From the NCBI GenBank assembly GCA_051362555.1, contig CM120644.1, positions 1,186,954-1,250,953 on the forward strand: DNA of 64,000 bases, given 5' to 3'. Shown piece by piece: positions 1-12,341 of this stretch; within the stretch, counting starts at the first letter, position 1; the number at the start of each line of letters is the position of its first letter. Under the pieces are notes generated by a model. That model was not told where the DNA came from, did no database searches, and saw only the letters and a program-made list of their open reading frames with translations. The DNA comes from Lingula anatina (taxonomy: Eukaryota; Animalia; Brachiopoda). Both the position numbers and the translations under genes were made by a program.

Positions 1-3000
1 GGAGAGAATCTGTCGCTATCCCTGTGGCTGCCACACTAAGACTGTCTATCTGTTGTAGACTCTGGAGACCTGAGAGACTATGGACCTGAAATGTAGGGCA
101 CAGTGACATAGATACATATATTATGTGTTAGGTGCTCAGGCTGCAAGTTACTGACTGTATGAGAGATCAAAGTTTGCAAGTAGAATCATGAATGAGTTCA
201 TACAAATTAATCAACTTAAGTGTATCTGCACCAACAAGATAATGATCCACTAGCACACTGTAATATGTAACACATTCTTTTTTCTCACATGTTCAAAATA
301 AACAAAGCTTCATGACTTTAATATAACAATAACTATATCTTCACCTGTGTTTGGTCTAAATTCAGACTTCTTAGTTTTTGTAATTCTGAAAAATACAAGC
401 AAAAACAAAATGCTTACTTAAATGAATTACTATCAGTAAAACAATGATCATATTTTATTACACAAAATAATATAATATTATAATCCACTACAGTTTTTAC
501 TTGTTACAGTAGAAGATAAGACAATCACCCTTGAGCTTACTTTGTAAACTAGAGAATATTGCATGTGTCACAGCAGTTTTATTGAGATTGAGGTTGACAA
601 GTTCTGCGGGTTCTGAGCTAGCGTAATCCTGCACGCCTTCATCTGTCACTTTAGTACCTTCCAGTATCAGTGTGACAAGCAGCGGAAACTCTGGAATGTA
701 CAGAAATACTTTATAAACTGATGGACATTAGGCTATCAGAAATTTTAACAAAGGGGAAGGCCAATCTTTGTAAAAAATCTTGTTAATGGTTCTAAATGAT
801 CTTTAAGTTTTCTAATGCCCCATACTGCATTCTTGTTGACAATGCATCCACTGCTTGAATAGCATAAATTCTCATCAGTAAACTAATTGCTGTAAGTTCA
901 ATTATATCAAAGTACCAAGCAGCTAGCTTGTGGTAATCTTTTATGTCTGACATTGAACCATTACTACTTTCCCAAAACACCCATTGTTTTACTCATCCTT
1001 ACCTTTAATGACATCAAAACAGCCATTGGTTATCTCTTCCTTACCTTTAATGACATCAAAGCTCCCATTGGTTATCTCTTCCTTACCTTTAATGACATCA
1101 AAGCAGCCATTGGTTATCTGTCCACAGCAGCTGAGGTTGAGATATTTCAGTTTTCTCAGAGTGACCAGAGGCTGAAGTCCCTTGTCTGTGATCAGTGTAC
1201 AGGAACAGAGACTGAGGTGAACCACACTGGTGTGAAATCTGGACAAATTACAGTATTGGTCAACACATTAACAGCTACACATAAACTTGAATGAATGAAT
1301 GGATGAATGAACGAATGAATTGTGCCTTAATTCATCGTTTTCATTGTATTATCAACTTGCTGCATTAATAAGGTGTGGAATCTGGGCAAGTAACAGTATT
1401 GGACAACATATTAACAGCAACACAAATTTGAAAGAATCAGTGAATGATTTTTGCCTTAATTCATCATTTGACTAATGTATTATCAAGTTGCTGCATTGAT
1501 CAGATGATAATACAATGGTCAGATGATGAACAAAAGGCAAAAATTTTCCATTTCACATGCATGTCTATAAGCTTGTTCCACACCACCTTACTATTATGTA
1601 CTGTACGTCATTACATGAATTCTATAAACTTGAATAAACAACAAACAACTTTGACAGTCACCAAAAAGTTGATTTAGAAGTGACCTCTCTTTCTGTAAAA
1701 TTTAAAATAAATAACATCCAATTGCAAATAATAAGAAATTTGATTTATTAACTTAAAATCAGTTAATCTTCATATGAGTTATGCAATGTATGTATCAGCA
1801 ATGATGTATATGTGATGAAATACTGAATGACTGAAAAAAGCTGGACATTTTTTCTACACGTCCACTCGTAAGGAAATATATATTTCACTTAAAATTTGAA
1901 ATTGCTTGTGAAATTCTCAAAAAACTTAACATTCCCCCTTCTTAACATGCTCAAATAACTGCCATTCCCAAAATTACTTTGCACAGAATTACAACTGACA
2001 AATTGATTGGAATAATCAGAGACAAACTGGCCCCTAATTGTTCAGATAACTCACCTCACTGCTGCTAACAGTTCATTTGTTGTATAGGGATAAAAATCAA
2101 ATACCAGTTGACGTAGATGGCTAAAACAGAGAAAATGTGGAGAAAAAATCAAGATGAAAACATGCAGTGATCCTCTCTCATCAATGGTGTTCAATTTGAC
2201 TCGCTGGAACTAACTCCCAAAGTTAAAACATTACCTCCAAGAAGCGGCATAACTGAAAATGTTATGGTTTTTATCTTTCATTTTCTGAGGATGTCTTCAC
2301 CAGACTTGTACTCTCAAAGAAACCAATCAAACTATAATCTTAACAGGTAAAACATCCAAACAGCAGGTCAAACTCACCAGGGTAAAAAAGCATTCAGAGT
2401 TTTTGGTTTGAGCAGTCTCTCCTTTAACACATATTGCAACAATTTCTCAGCCAGCTCTGTGGGTAGACACCCTAGGGGGGAGGTCATTGACATTACCCTG
2501 GGGTCACACAGGCGCTGGCTGACATGACGAGTACACTGTTGGAGGAGGGTATGGACTTGGGCTCCTCTTGCATGCTGCCTAGAAGGTGGCTCACTCTGGA
2601 GAGTGGATTGTGACTGTTCTTCTTGGTTTAGTTGTACAGGTTGTGTTGGCTGCTGTGGCTGATCTATCCTTTGTAAAGCTGCTGCAGCTGAAGTAGTGGA
2701 AATAAAAGCAAAATTATGAATGTGTCAAACAAATCTTTCCTCTGAAAGTTTCTAAGATTCCAAAACATACAAAATGTACCATGAACTAATGTCTAAATTA
2801 CGTGTTATTTTTTCATTTACTAACATGAAACAATTTTTTCCAAATCTCACCAACATTTTGAGAGAAATATTCCATTTTCCTGATCATGAATAATGATTAA
2901 TTCCTAACAATGAGGAAAACAATGAGGAACCTCAGTGAAAAAAAACACAATAATATGGATGAATTATAAGAATGTTAAACAATAAAGGAAATAATTATCC

Positions 3001-6000
3001 TTAAAAACTTCCTCATAACTGGTCAACAAGCATGTACCTGCAGCATTTTTAGCTAACTGAGCTGGAAGTTGTGGCACCACTGGTATATCTCCTGCCAGCC
3101 TCTGTCCCTCTCCCCACTGATGATGTCCTCCTCCTCCTACAATATTATATAATATGATACAGTTACTGGGATATCTCCTGCCAGTCTCTGTCCCTCTCCC
3201 CAATGATGATGTCCTCCTCCTCCTACAATATTATATAATATGATACAGTTACTGGGATATCTCCTGCCAGTCTCTGTCCCTCTCCCCAATGATGATGTCC
3301 TCCTCCTCCTACAATATTATATAATATGATACAGTTACTGGGATATCTCCTGCCAGTCTCTGTCCCTCATCCCACTGATGATGTCCTCCTCCTCCTCCTC
3401 CTCCAATATTATATAATATGATACATTAACAATATAATATGATACAGTTACTGGGATATCTCCTGCCAGTCTCTGTCCCTCTCCCCACTGATGATGTCCT
3501 CCTCCTCCTACAATATTATATAATATGATACATTAACAATATAATATGATACAGTTACTGGGATATCTCCTGCAAGTCTCTGTCCCTCTCCCCACTGATG
3601 ATGTCCTCCTCCTCCTACAATATTATATAATATGATACACTGACAACACACTATGATACAATAACATACATTAACAGGACATATCATACAATAAGACACA
3701 TTAACAATACAATGCAATAAAATATGATTCAATAATATGAAATAATAACACAGAATGAGAGACGATAATACAGTTTTAATCATGAAATTTAACTTAAATT
3801 AAGATGAAATCCTTGGGTACAGTAATCCTTAGCTACAGTAAAATTAATGTAAAACAATGTAATCTTTTTTTCTTCTTTTTTCTTTTTCTTTTTTTTTTTG
3901 TAATAGTTTCTTATCAAATATACTAGATATCTGTCATGTCCTAGTGCCAAATGCTTCTGACTAAATTTGACAGTTTTTCATTACTAGTACTAGAAATGAC
4001 ACAAAAATCAATGTGTTTTGAAAAACCAAAAACTAGTGTCGTTTTTCTAGAATTGTTGGATTGTGTGGGGGGGGGTGGGAGGATGAGGGTGAGGAGGGGG
4101 AGGGGGGGGGGCTTGGGCTCCCTCTGTTGTTTAAAGTATAGATTTTAATTTTACATTATTTTGTCCACATTATTCCAGTTCCTCACCAAACATAGGATGT
4201 GGTGGTAACATTCCTGGCAAAACTCCTCCTCCTGGAACAACATCATGTCCTTCTTCCTCCATCTCTTCCTCCTCCTCATCATCTGATTCTCTGGCAGCAT
4301 CAGCAACAATGTCCATAGGAGACGGACCTAAAATATGTGGGGTAGGAAACAACATAAAAGTTTTTGGTCAACAACTTCACTCTGCTTAAGTATTGCATAA
4401 TATTTTATATATCCCCAAGAACCTTTAATGTTTCTTATACAGGGTAATATTTCACACAGAGGGTAACAATTTTGGATATGAATTATGTCTCTTACAGAAT
4501 CAAAATCATATGGGGTCCAAAAGGGCATCCAACAGAATTCCTATATGAAGTCTCACAGAGTCCTGTATAATTCTTATATGGAGTCCCACAGAGTCCTGTA
4601 AGATTCCTTTAATAGAGTCCTATGCAGTCCTTAAAGAAATTTACATAAGTGAAGTTCAGAAATAGTTTTTTTTTTTATAAATTATATAAAACCATGTCTC
4701 CCCTCACTTTCTGCCTGTTCCTGTACTCCACTGTCCTCTTCTTCAGTGTCCATCCTGTGTCCAGCCCCACCCCAGGAATGCCCCACTGGACTTCTAGTGG
4801 CCCCACCAACAGCTTCCTTATTGACAACTTTAGCTGGAAGGGGTAGTAATGGCGGCGGTGGTGGTGATAGTGAGGTGGCGCCATCTGGTCGTGTGTTCAT
4901 GGCTATGTCTGAGCTGCTGGATGAGGCTATATGGAGAGAGGCAATTGATGTCTGAACTTAAAGAAGTTAATGTCATAAATTCAATGATTCCAGGTGAACA
5001 ATTTTTATTTAGTTTTGAAAGTTAAACTGCCTGGTTCTTTAGAATATATAAGCAAAAAATACAGTTTTTAACCACAGCTTAATTGATAATATCCTTGATA
5101 TCTAACTAAGAAATATTTTTTCATATTGCTACTAAGAAACAAAAACTGCCTCAAATTTAATTTTTCAAATTCTATGAATAAATAAATAAATAAATTAATA
5201 GATTAACTAATAAATAAATAAAACTGAAAACAATGTTACCAGTATCTTCAGAGGCAGTCTCCATTTTCTTCAGCACCAGGGACCCTGTAGGGGTAAGCCC
5301 CAACTCAGAGAGGGACCGTGTCAGATCCTCTCTAGTGAACTCCCGCCTGGGAAAGGGTTGCATGAAGGCCATGCCTGGATATATACATATATATGTTAAA
5401 GAATAACATGTAACTGGAAAAATATTATTCATTTAGAAAGCTAAAGGCGATCATCAGAATTAATCAAATTACATAATATTGATAGAAACATAAAGTAGTA
5501 GTAATACCAGGGCGGCTTGATCATCAAATGCAAAAATTTACATAAAAAACACTTTTTCCTAGAAAAATGCATTAAATTCAATATGAATACCAATAAATAA
5601 GTAATGATACAAATCAGGTTCATTGAGTCATACAGATTACCCATCCAACTTACTACTAATCAACTAGCATATTAACTGATGGATCTGTAAAAATTAAACA
5701 CAAGCATTAAAGTAAAAGAAAGGATTTTCTTTCATCTTGCCTGTGATACTGTTTTGCCCTTGTTCCTGCACCAGGTGCCAGACATCACTGAGAGTGGCGC
5801 CAGGACTGAAAGTGTGTCTCAGAACTCTGCCATTCATCAGACGGATCTGTAAACAAAACCAACATGTTAAACAGAAATAAATGAAACAGAACTTAATTAC
5901 AACTTGATTCATCATCCAGATGTGAGAGATCTCGAACTAGGCCTGACTGTCCAACAATGATGTCAGTGCCACTCAACACAAACTTATCAGCTCAAATACT

Positions 6001-7779
6001 TCTGAATCAGTCCCTTGTAAAGAAATTGTGGTAATAATAATAATAATAATAGTAATAATAATAATAATAGTAACTCAGCTGTTGTTGATTCAACAGTAAA
6101 ATTGGGCTCCCTGTTACTGTCCATAAAATATAAGCTTCACTACAGCTATTTGTATCAAGCAGTAATTATCATGGGTAAAACTTACCAGTATCGCGAGTGA
6201 AACGTTTTTTTTTTAAGTACTATACATCATTTTGGTTCAGAGAGTGGAAAATGATCAATCTCTTTCAGTTTTCTGAAGAAAAAAAATGTGTCACTCAAAA
6301 ATAAAAATGAGTTGAATAAACAATATCTGTCAGTGTGTCTAAAAGAAAATATTTACCAGACAAACTCCTCAAGACCACATTACCTGCAGTAAACATTTAT
6401 CCTGTGTGGAAGGTGCTGGTTTCAGTGGTGAAGTGGCTAATGTTGTGTCTTTGCTGTCCCTTTCTACTGCCTGTTGCCGTGGTGATGTAGGAGCACCTGA
6501 CTTCCTTTGTTTCTGAAGTTCACGGTCTTCAGCAATTTGTTTTAAGGCTTGCTCATGTGCCTGGAATAAATTTGACAAAATTACAAAAGAAAATAACAAA
6601 CTCTACATCATCATTTTAAACATCTCTGCATGTATTTTTTTTTTTTTTAATATTTTCAAGACATTACCTACATGCCCCTTTCAAACACAACTTGTTGTAA
6701 ACATGGACTAACAAAGCCACACCTCCATACAGCTAGGCTGCTCATGTGGTGCCCCCTTTTGCTTAAATTGAACATCACAGTGTGCTTTGTCGTTGTGAGA
6801 AAATACCAGTATTTGCCACTGTCAATTCTTAAAATTCGGATACAGCAGATATTGTTGTTGAACTTTCAACCAATTTCTTTTTCTTCTTTCTGGTTTTAGG
6901 TTTTCTAGTTTTAGGATCTCACTAACAAACATGACCATCAATTCATTAGCAGTAAAAATCTAAATGTATTTGCTTTATTATGAACTTTTCTGACATAACA
7001 CACCTATCAACACCTCTTACAACATATCATGATGATCATAATTTACAACATGCTTCCTAAACTTTACTTATCACATTTGTCTTCAGGCCTTACCTTCTTT
7101 TTTAATTTTTTCTCTGACAGTGCAGATTTTCTTGCCTCTTCTCTTTGCTTCTCTTCAAAAGTTTCTTTTATTTTTCTTTGTTCTTCACTCATCCTCATTC
7201 TACTAGCTAACTGCTCCTGGAGATAAAACTGATAACTTAAACTCAAAATAGCAACAGCAGTTTCTTACCAACAATTAAGCTATCGCCTATGCATCTACTT
7301 ACCTTCATATACACCAATGAAGGGTGTTTCATTTGTTTATGAAGAGAATTTATCAAAAACAATTTTCAACAATTCAGGTGGAATTGTCAGGATAATTACT
7401 TAAAAGAGAAGAGGAGGTGACTACAATTTCAACTGAATCCAGGTTTCTTTTAACTTTTACAACAATTTTTTAATTCAAATAACATTAATATTTTGCCTTG
7501 GTAGAGGTCTCTACTGGCAGAGTGCTTTCAAGTTGAACAAAACACCATTGGAATTTCAAATAAAATTGTTGAACATACTGGGATTCAACATGGAAATGAA
7601 TAAAAAAACTGTTTACTTTAATTCCTACCTCTTGTTTGTCTTCCTCTCCTAGCTGACTGGCAGCAGAGGGAGCTGTGACATGCTCAGGAATGGGAACTGG
7701 CTTCACAAAGCTAGCCATGGCACTGGGGGCTGTGTCCAGACTGCTGCCCTGGAACATGTATAGTTAACAATACTGCTGC

Positions 7780-7814
<35 letters not shown>

Positions 7815-8059
7815 TAGAGAGAGAGATAGGGGGCCGATCCAGATATATTTCCTGACAGTCTTCAAAATTAACTTTGTTGACCCATCTGCCATTTTTGACC
7901 ATCTTCCAACAGAAAAAATGAGATACTGGTCAATGTAAAACTGAAAATCTGACAGTCTTCTGGAAAACCTAGAAGACGGCCTAAATCCACCCCTGAAGAT
8001 AGAGAGAGATCAAGAGAGGAATACAAATATGTATGTGTGATGGCAAAATCATTTTTTTT

Positions 8060-8137
<78 letters not shown>

Positions 8138-9278
8138 CTATATACCTGTTGGGGTCTCAGTCTCAGCACTGAATTCCCAGGTAAAGCTGGAGCCGCCTGG
8201 GGTTTTCCTTGCAGTATCCTGAAATCATAATATCAGAAACATTGAGAGACATAACAACAGCTTACCAACAAAATAGGCTTCCAGCAATGGTTGTGGGAGT
8301 ACCCCTGTAATATGTTGTGAGAGTACTCCAGGAGTACCCCATTTCATCATGCAAATTAGTGTTGTCTCAGTACTCCCGCATACAGGGCCATAGCAATAGT
8401 TTGAAGGTTCATTGGACTGAATGTTCACTATAGAACCTTCGGTCCAATGAACCCTTGATTAAAAAAAAAAAAAAAATGATAATGATACCATTTTTCGGAC
8501 CACTGAACCTTTGGACCATTGAACCTTCGGACTTATATTGAGACGCCTCCCCCCCCCCCCCCCCCCCCCGCCCCCTGCAAACCTCCAGCAACATTTATGG
8601 GGATACTCTGGCAACACTTTAAAAGGACTAAAGCTAATAAAGCAATCTGAAAATACAACAAGCCCTGAAACACTTTAACTTAATTGGGGGGGGGGGGGGG
8701 GGGGGGGATATATTTAAAACTGACCACTCGACTGCCTCCTCTACTGTGAGTTTTCCTGCCTGGACAGCCTGCTGACCATCCGTGATCTCGAAACCCATGC
8801 TGACCAGTACAGCTATCAGGTCATCTACACTCTGAAAATAAAGATTTAAATTAAAATTTAATTCTTACCATATTTCACTTACAGTAAAACATACCCGACT
8901 TCACACAGAGGCCTCGCTCTTCAAGTTCCGCGGTGAAAGATCGTTCAAGGTAGTTTGGTCTAGATTTCATGAAGATTGATTTACTGTTCTGCATGATGAA
9001 TATCGCTTTGCGAGAATGCAGATGTTGATTTGTAATTCACAAACAAAAGAAAGGAATGGTAAAGCGAGTCAGGGAGAATAGAAGTGGATCAAAACAGTCC
9101 GACTTATTTTGGCGCCCGTACGAGGATAATCATGATCCTAAATATCAACAAACTGCTTCGTAATAGTTATTCCTGTAAAATGGAAAGGAAACTTTAGCGG
9201 TTACTCGCTCGCTCTTCTCTTGTGCGTCTTATTTTGAATAAAGGAAATGCCTCTTACTTGTGGAGCAGTCGACGCCAT
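1..9278 (-). CDS. Multi-exon UBA-UBX-LRR protein (putative p97/VCP cofactor); 3' end lies outside the window
   Basis: ATG at 9278 (MASTAPQ). Phase-consistent exons approx 9258-9278, 8725-8831 (UBA-like LVSMGF...AVEW), 8146-8218, 7629-7748, 7094-7216 and 6384-6560 (coiled coil), 5741-5846 and 5240-5374 (UBX: LQIRLMNG...F...FPRREF...LSELGLTPTGSL), 4693-4956, 4187-4327, 3038-3136 (HQWGEGQRL), 2378-2688, 2055-2120, then LRR exons 1087-1238, 541-690, 345-385, 1-85 (LxxLxLxxC/T repeats). Confidence 0.88.
997..1119 (-). repeat. 42-bp tandem repeat x3 copying an exon end plus its GTAAGG donor
   Basis: ccttacctttaatgacatcaaa(g/a)c(a/t)(g/c)ccattggttatct(ctt) at 997, 1039 and 1081; the 1081 copy is the real exon end. 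Confidence 0.95.
3078..3638 (-). repeat. ~86-bp (variable) tandem repeat x6 copying a splice acceptor plus the exon start
   Basis: gatgtcctcctcc core at about 3122, 3208, 3294, 3380, 3493 and 3600; the lowest copy overlaps the true exon 3038-3136. Confidence 0.92.
8063..8134. repeat. (GA)n microsatellite
   Basis: Pure GA run; produces the spurious ERER/LSLS ORFs. Confidence 0.95.
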
Positions 9279-9289
9279 TTTTTGTTTAC

Positions 9290-9345
9290 ATCGATGTGCG
9301 CATATTTCCTTTGCGCATGCCAGGGGCTTTATTTAAGGGGGGGGG
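9290..9345 (-). promoter_or_regulatory. Putative core promoter of the UBA-UBX-LRR gene with NRF1-like sites
   Basis: tgtgcgcata and tgcgcatgcc directly upstream of the ATG resemble the NRF-1 motif TGCGCATGCGCA; locally CpG-rich. Confidence 0.4.
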
Positions 9346-11909
9346 GAGCGTTAGATCGGATCGTTTGAGGAAGAAAACCACGGAACTACGAGTCCCACGC
9401 TAAATACTGGTAATGAGAGATGTGGGGCAGCAAGAAATCATGAAGAGTTTCAGCAATAAGAAGACATTGGGTCTTTCCCTTCTTTGTGATAACCAACAGA
9501 CTCTGGTAATCCCACAGCCACCAGTATTGTCTCGTTTTCATAAACTGTTCTTTTAATTTAGCAATTTTAATACATTTATGTAAAAAGTATTGTTTTTTAT
9601 TTTATTAATTTTTTGCTACATTTCGACATTTGTAGTTACGCAAATATACATAGGCCTATGAATTTAGGCCTATTTTAGGTCTAATTTAAGAATTTTTCAT
9701 TCACTTTTAAGTTAAAATTAGCTTGTTAGACCAGAACTATTTAGGAAAAATATTACAGAAGGAAAGAAAGAAAGAAAAAAAAAGAACAAAATAAAGTTAT
9801 TAAAGAGAAGAAGAAAGTATTTTACGTGTATATCATTAATGATTCCAATTTATTTATTTAATTCTAAATGTTTCCTAAAACGTTAAAAACCGTCACGGCT
9901 CCCTGAACGATAGGAATAGAAAATAAATATATGTACACCAGAAACTTTTATTTGAGGGATTATAATCGTTTTTTTTTTTTTTTTTTTTTTTTTTTAGGTC
10001 TTTAGCGGGAAAAATTAGTACGCGTAGCTTTCTAGAATATAAAGAAAATATCACTTTGGGCATATTATTATTATTATTATTCATTTATTATTATTATTAT
10101 TGCAGGGTTTAAAACTGAACTAACGCCATTATGACTATTGCCTGTGTCAGTTAATAAGGATGAAAGGGCCAAGAGAAGACAACATCTAAAAGTATACATT
10201 TTAAATTAAAAAAGAAATTGAAAAAAAAAAACAAGAAGTGTGGTTTACTTCCCACGTTGAACCACCATTTATTATGAATCCGTGAATTTCTTATACCCAG
10301 ACAAAACCGAATTAAATACACATCAGGTACATGTATAATGATGATAAATACCGTAGCAGCAAACTAGGCCAGCCATTGTGCATATACTTTTACGGTCTCT
10401 TTCATTGTTATGCAATATATTTGATATATTAAACTCTTTCCGCAAGAACATGTTACCCTATTTCCTCTATTATACTGGGTAAAGCTCCGGGACATGTGCG
10501 TATACCGTCGTTACTGAGGGACCGTTCACAATGGAATTTGTGGACCTAGCGCATGCGCACCAGCTCCACGGGGACTCTCGCTGAATGCAATCAGATTACA
10601 GGCTAATTACACACCTCCTGTTGTTCCCAGCGTACTCTTTTAATCACCGGGTTACAATATTCTACTCGACGTCAAAGGACATGCTCATTCATTGTCTGGT
10701 GGAATGTACTGTATATTATGAGATTTTTAATAAATTGTGACTAGACAAGTTAAGGTTTTGTCCTTTTAGTAGTCAAAGGGTCCGTCTCCAGGCTGAATCA
10801 GAATCGATCATATTGTCTTTTTTATATATTATATTTTCTGTGTTGATCACTCCCTATCGAATGCATGCATGTCCTCCGTAGAACTCTCTATACCGGGTAA
10901 GTACGGCCTACTTTTAATGTGAGCTTGCCGTAATTATAAACGTAAACGAAGTCCGTGCAAGGCTGATTTACCGATATTAGCTATACACATGGGAGCATCA
11001 CCTTCTTCTCTTAGCATCAAAATAGCCCCGTGTCCCTGTCCCTGTTTTACAACTTCACAAACGAAAGAAAAGGCAATATATAATATGAATAATAAATCAA
11101 CTGATGTATGTCGATTTAAATAGAGTCATCTCCCGCTTGCAGCAATGTCCCCATTTCCTCCGGCGATGTTGTCGCTAGGATGCCTTGCCAGATTTACATA
11201 TCAGTCAGAATAACAGTAGAGATGCAGTTTTGATAACGACCATTTGCCCAAGGCATCCGGGTATCCTTGATCCGTAAGTCGAAATTACCGAGGAGATTTT
11301 GTAGCTTGTTACGAAGAGAAAGATGGCCTAAAAAAGAATGTGAAAAGACATTACTATAGAAGAATGTATAGGGCAATAAAACAAAACAAACCAATAAAAA
11401 ACCCATATATGATATGAAAATGCATTACCATTTACCGTTTTTGCCTGTTCTTTGTTAAGCATGTTTTTTTTTAATGAGAAATAATAATACTTGATCATTT
11501 CAAATAAAAAAAAAAAAAAAACGTAAGCAGCTATAGTTATAATCTTTCGCAAAACTGTCTTACACACTGGAATTGAACGATACTACAAACACAAAAATTA
11601 CTTAGGTCAAGAAATTCTAGATAACATAAACTAAGAGTTCATATATATACCAAGCGGGTGAGTTAACTTCATATATCATTTGGATCATGCTCAGATTGTT
11701 GCTGCAGACGTTTGAAACGTGTTTAATTATTAAGCTTAATACAAATACGTAAGTCCTCACTTATAAACATAAATCAAGTTGAGATCCACTAAAAACCGCC
11801 AACATCACCAAAGGTGATATTAAAATTCCAGTTAATGTTGACTTGATATATTTTATAATAATATATACTGTATTATTCTGGATATGTAAGTAATATTATA
11901 TACTCACAA

Positions 11910-12341
11910 TTAAACGTATTTGTTTGGATAAATCTGTTGCTTTCCTTGTAGCACCCGCAACTCCTTGACAGGGTTTTCCTCATCAACGCTGGAAATCACG
12001 CGACGTAACACCTGAAATAGAGACCGCCTTTCCGTCCTTGTGACAGTAACGTTAATTGACCTCAAAGGAAATGCTCCTGCAGACTGGTCTGGTGTTTCTG
12101 GCACGCTTATGTCTATTTTAATGGTAGGGTTTTGGGTTGTGTAGAGCATAAATGTTAACTGGAGGACGCACACACTCAGCGCTATGATTGTCAAATAAAT
12201 TGTTATTAAATCGTAGTCGGTTAGTCCTTTACTTGTCTGGTCGAGGTCAGGTATCCCTTTCTTCGTCTGTTCTTCCGTCTCTGTGACGCCTCCTAAGGAA
12301 TTCCCTATGTTAAGTCTTGTCTCTTTTTCAGTGGGTGACAT
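11910..12341 (-). CDS. Possible small single-pass (type II) membrane protein, no recognisable family
   Basis: 143-codon ORF with a good context (caaacATG), one hydrophobic stretch (LITIYLTIIALSVCVLQLTFML) and higher GC than the flanks. No homology recognised. Confidence 0.35.
   Translation of the reverse strand: MSPTEKETRLNIGNSLGGVTETEEQTKKGIPDLDQTSKGLTDYDLITIYLTIIALSVCVLQLTFMLYTTQNPTIKIDISVPETPDQSAGAFPLRSINVTVTRTERRSLFQVLRRVISSVDEENPVKELRVLQGKQQIYPNKYV

Noticed and set aside
7981-8230. ORFs with ERERER / LSLSLS runs
   Set aside because: Translation of a (GA)n microsatellite; only 8146-8218 on the - strand is a real exon.
8410-8540. 15-bp (ttcggacca.tgaacc) repeats
   Set aside because: Looks like subterminal repeats of a decayed MITE; too degenerate to delimit.
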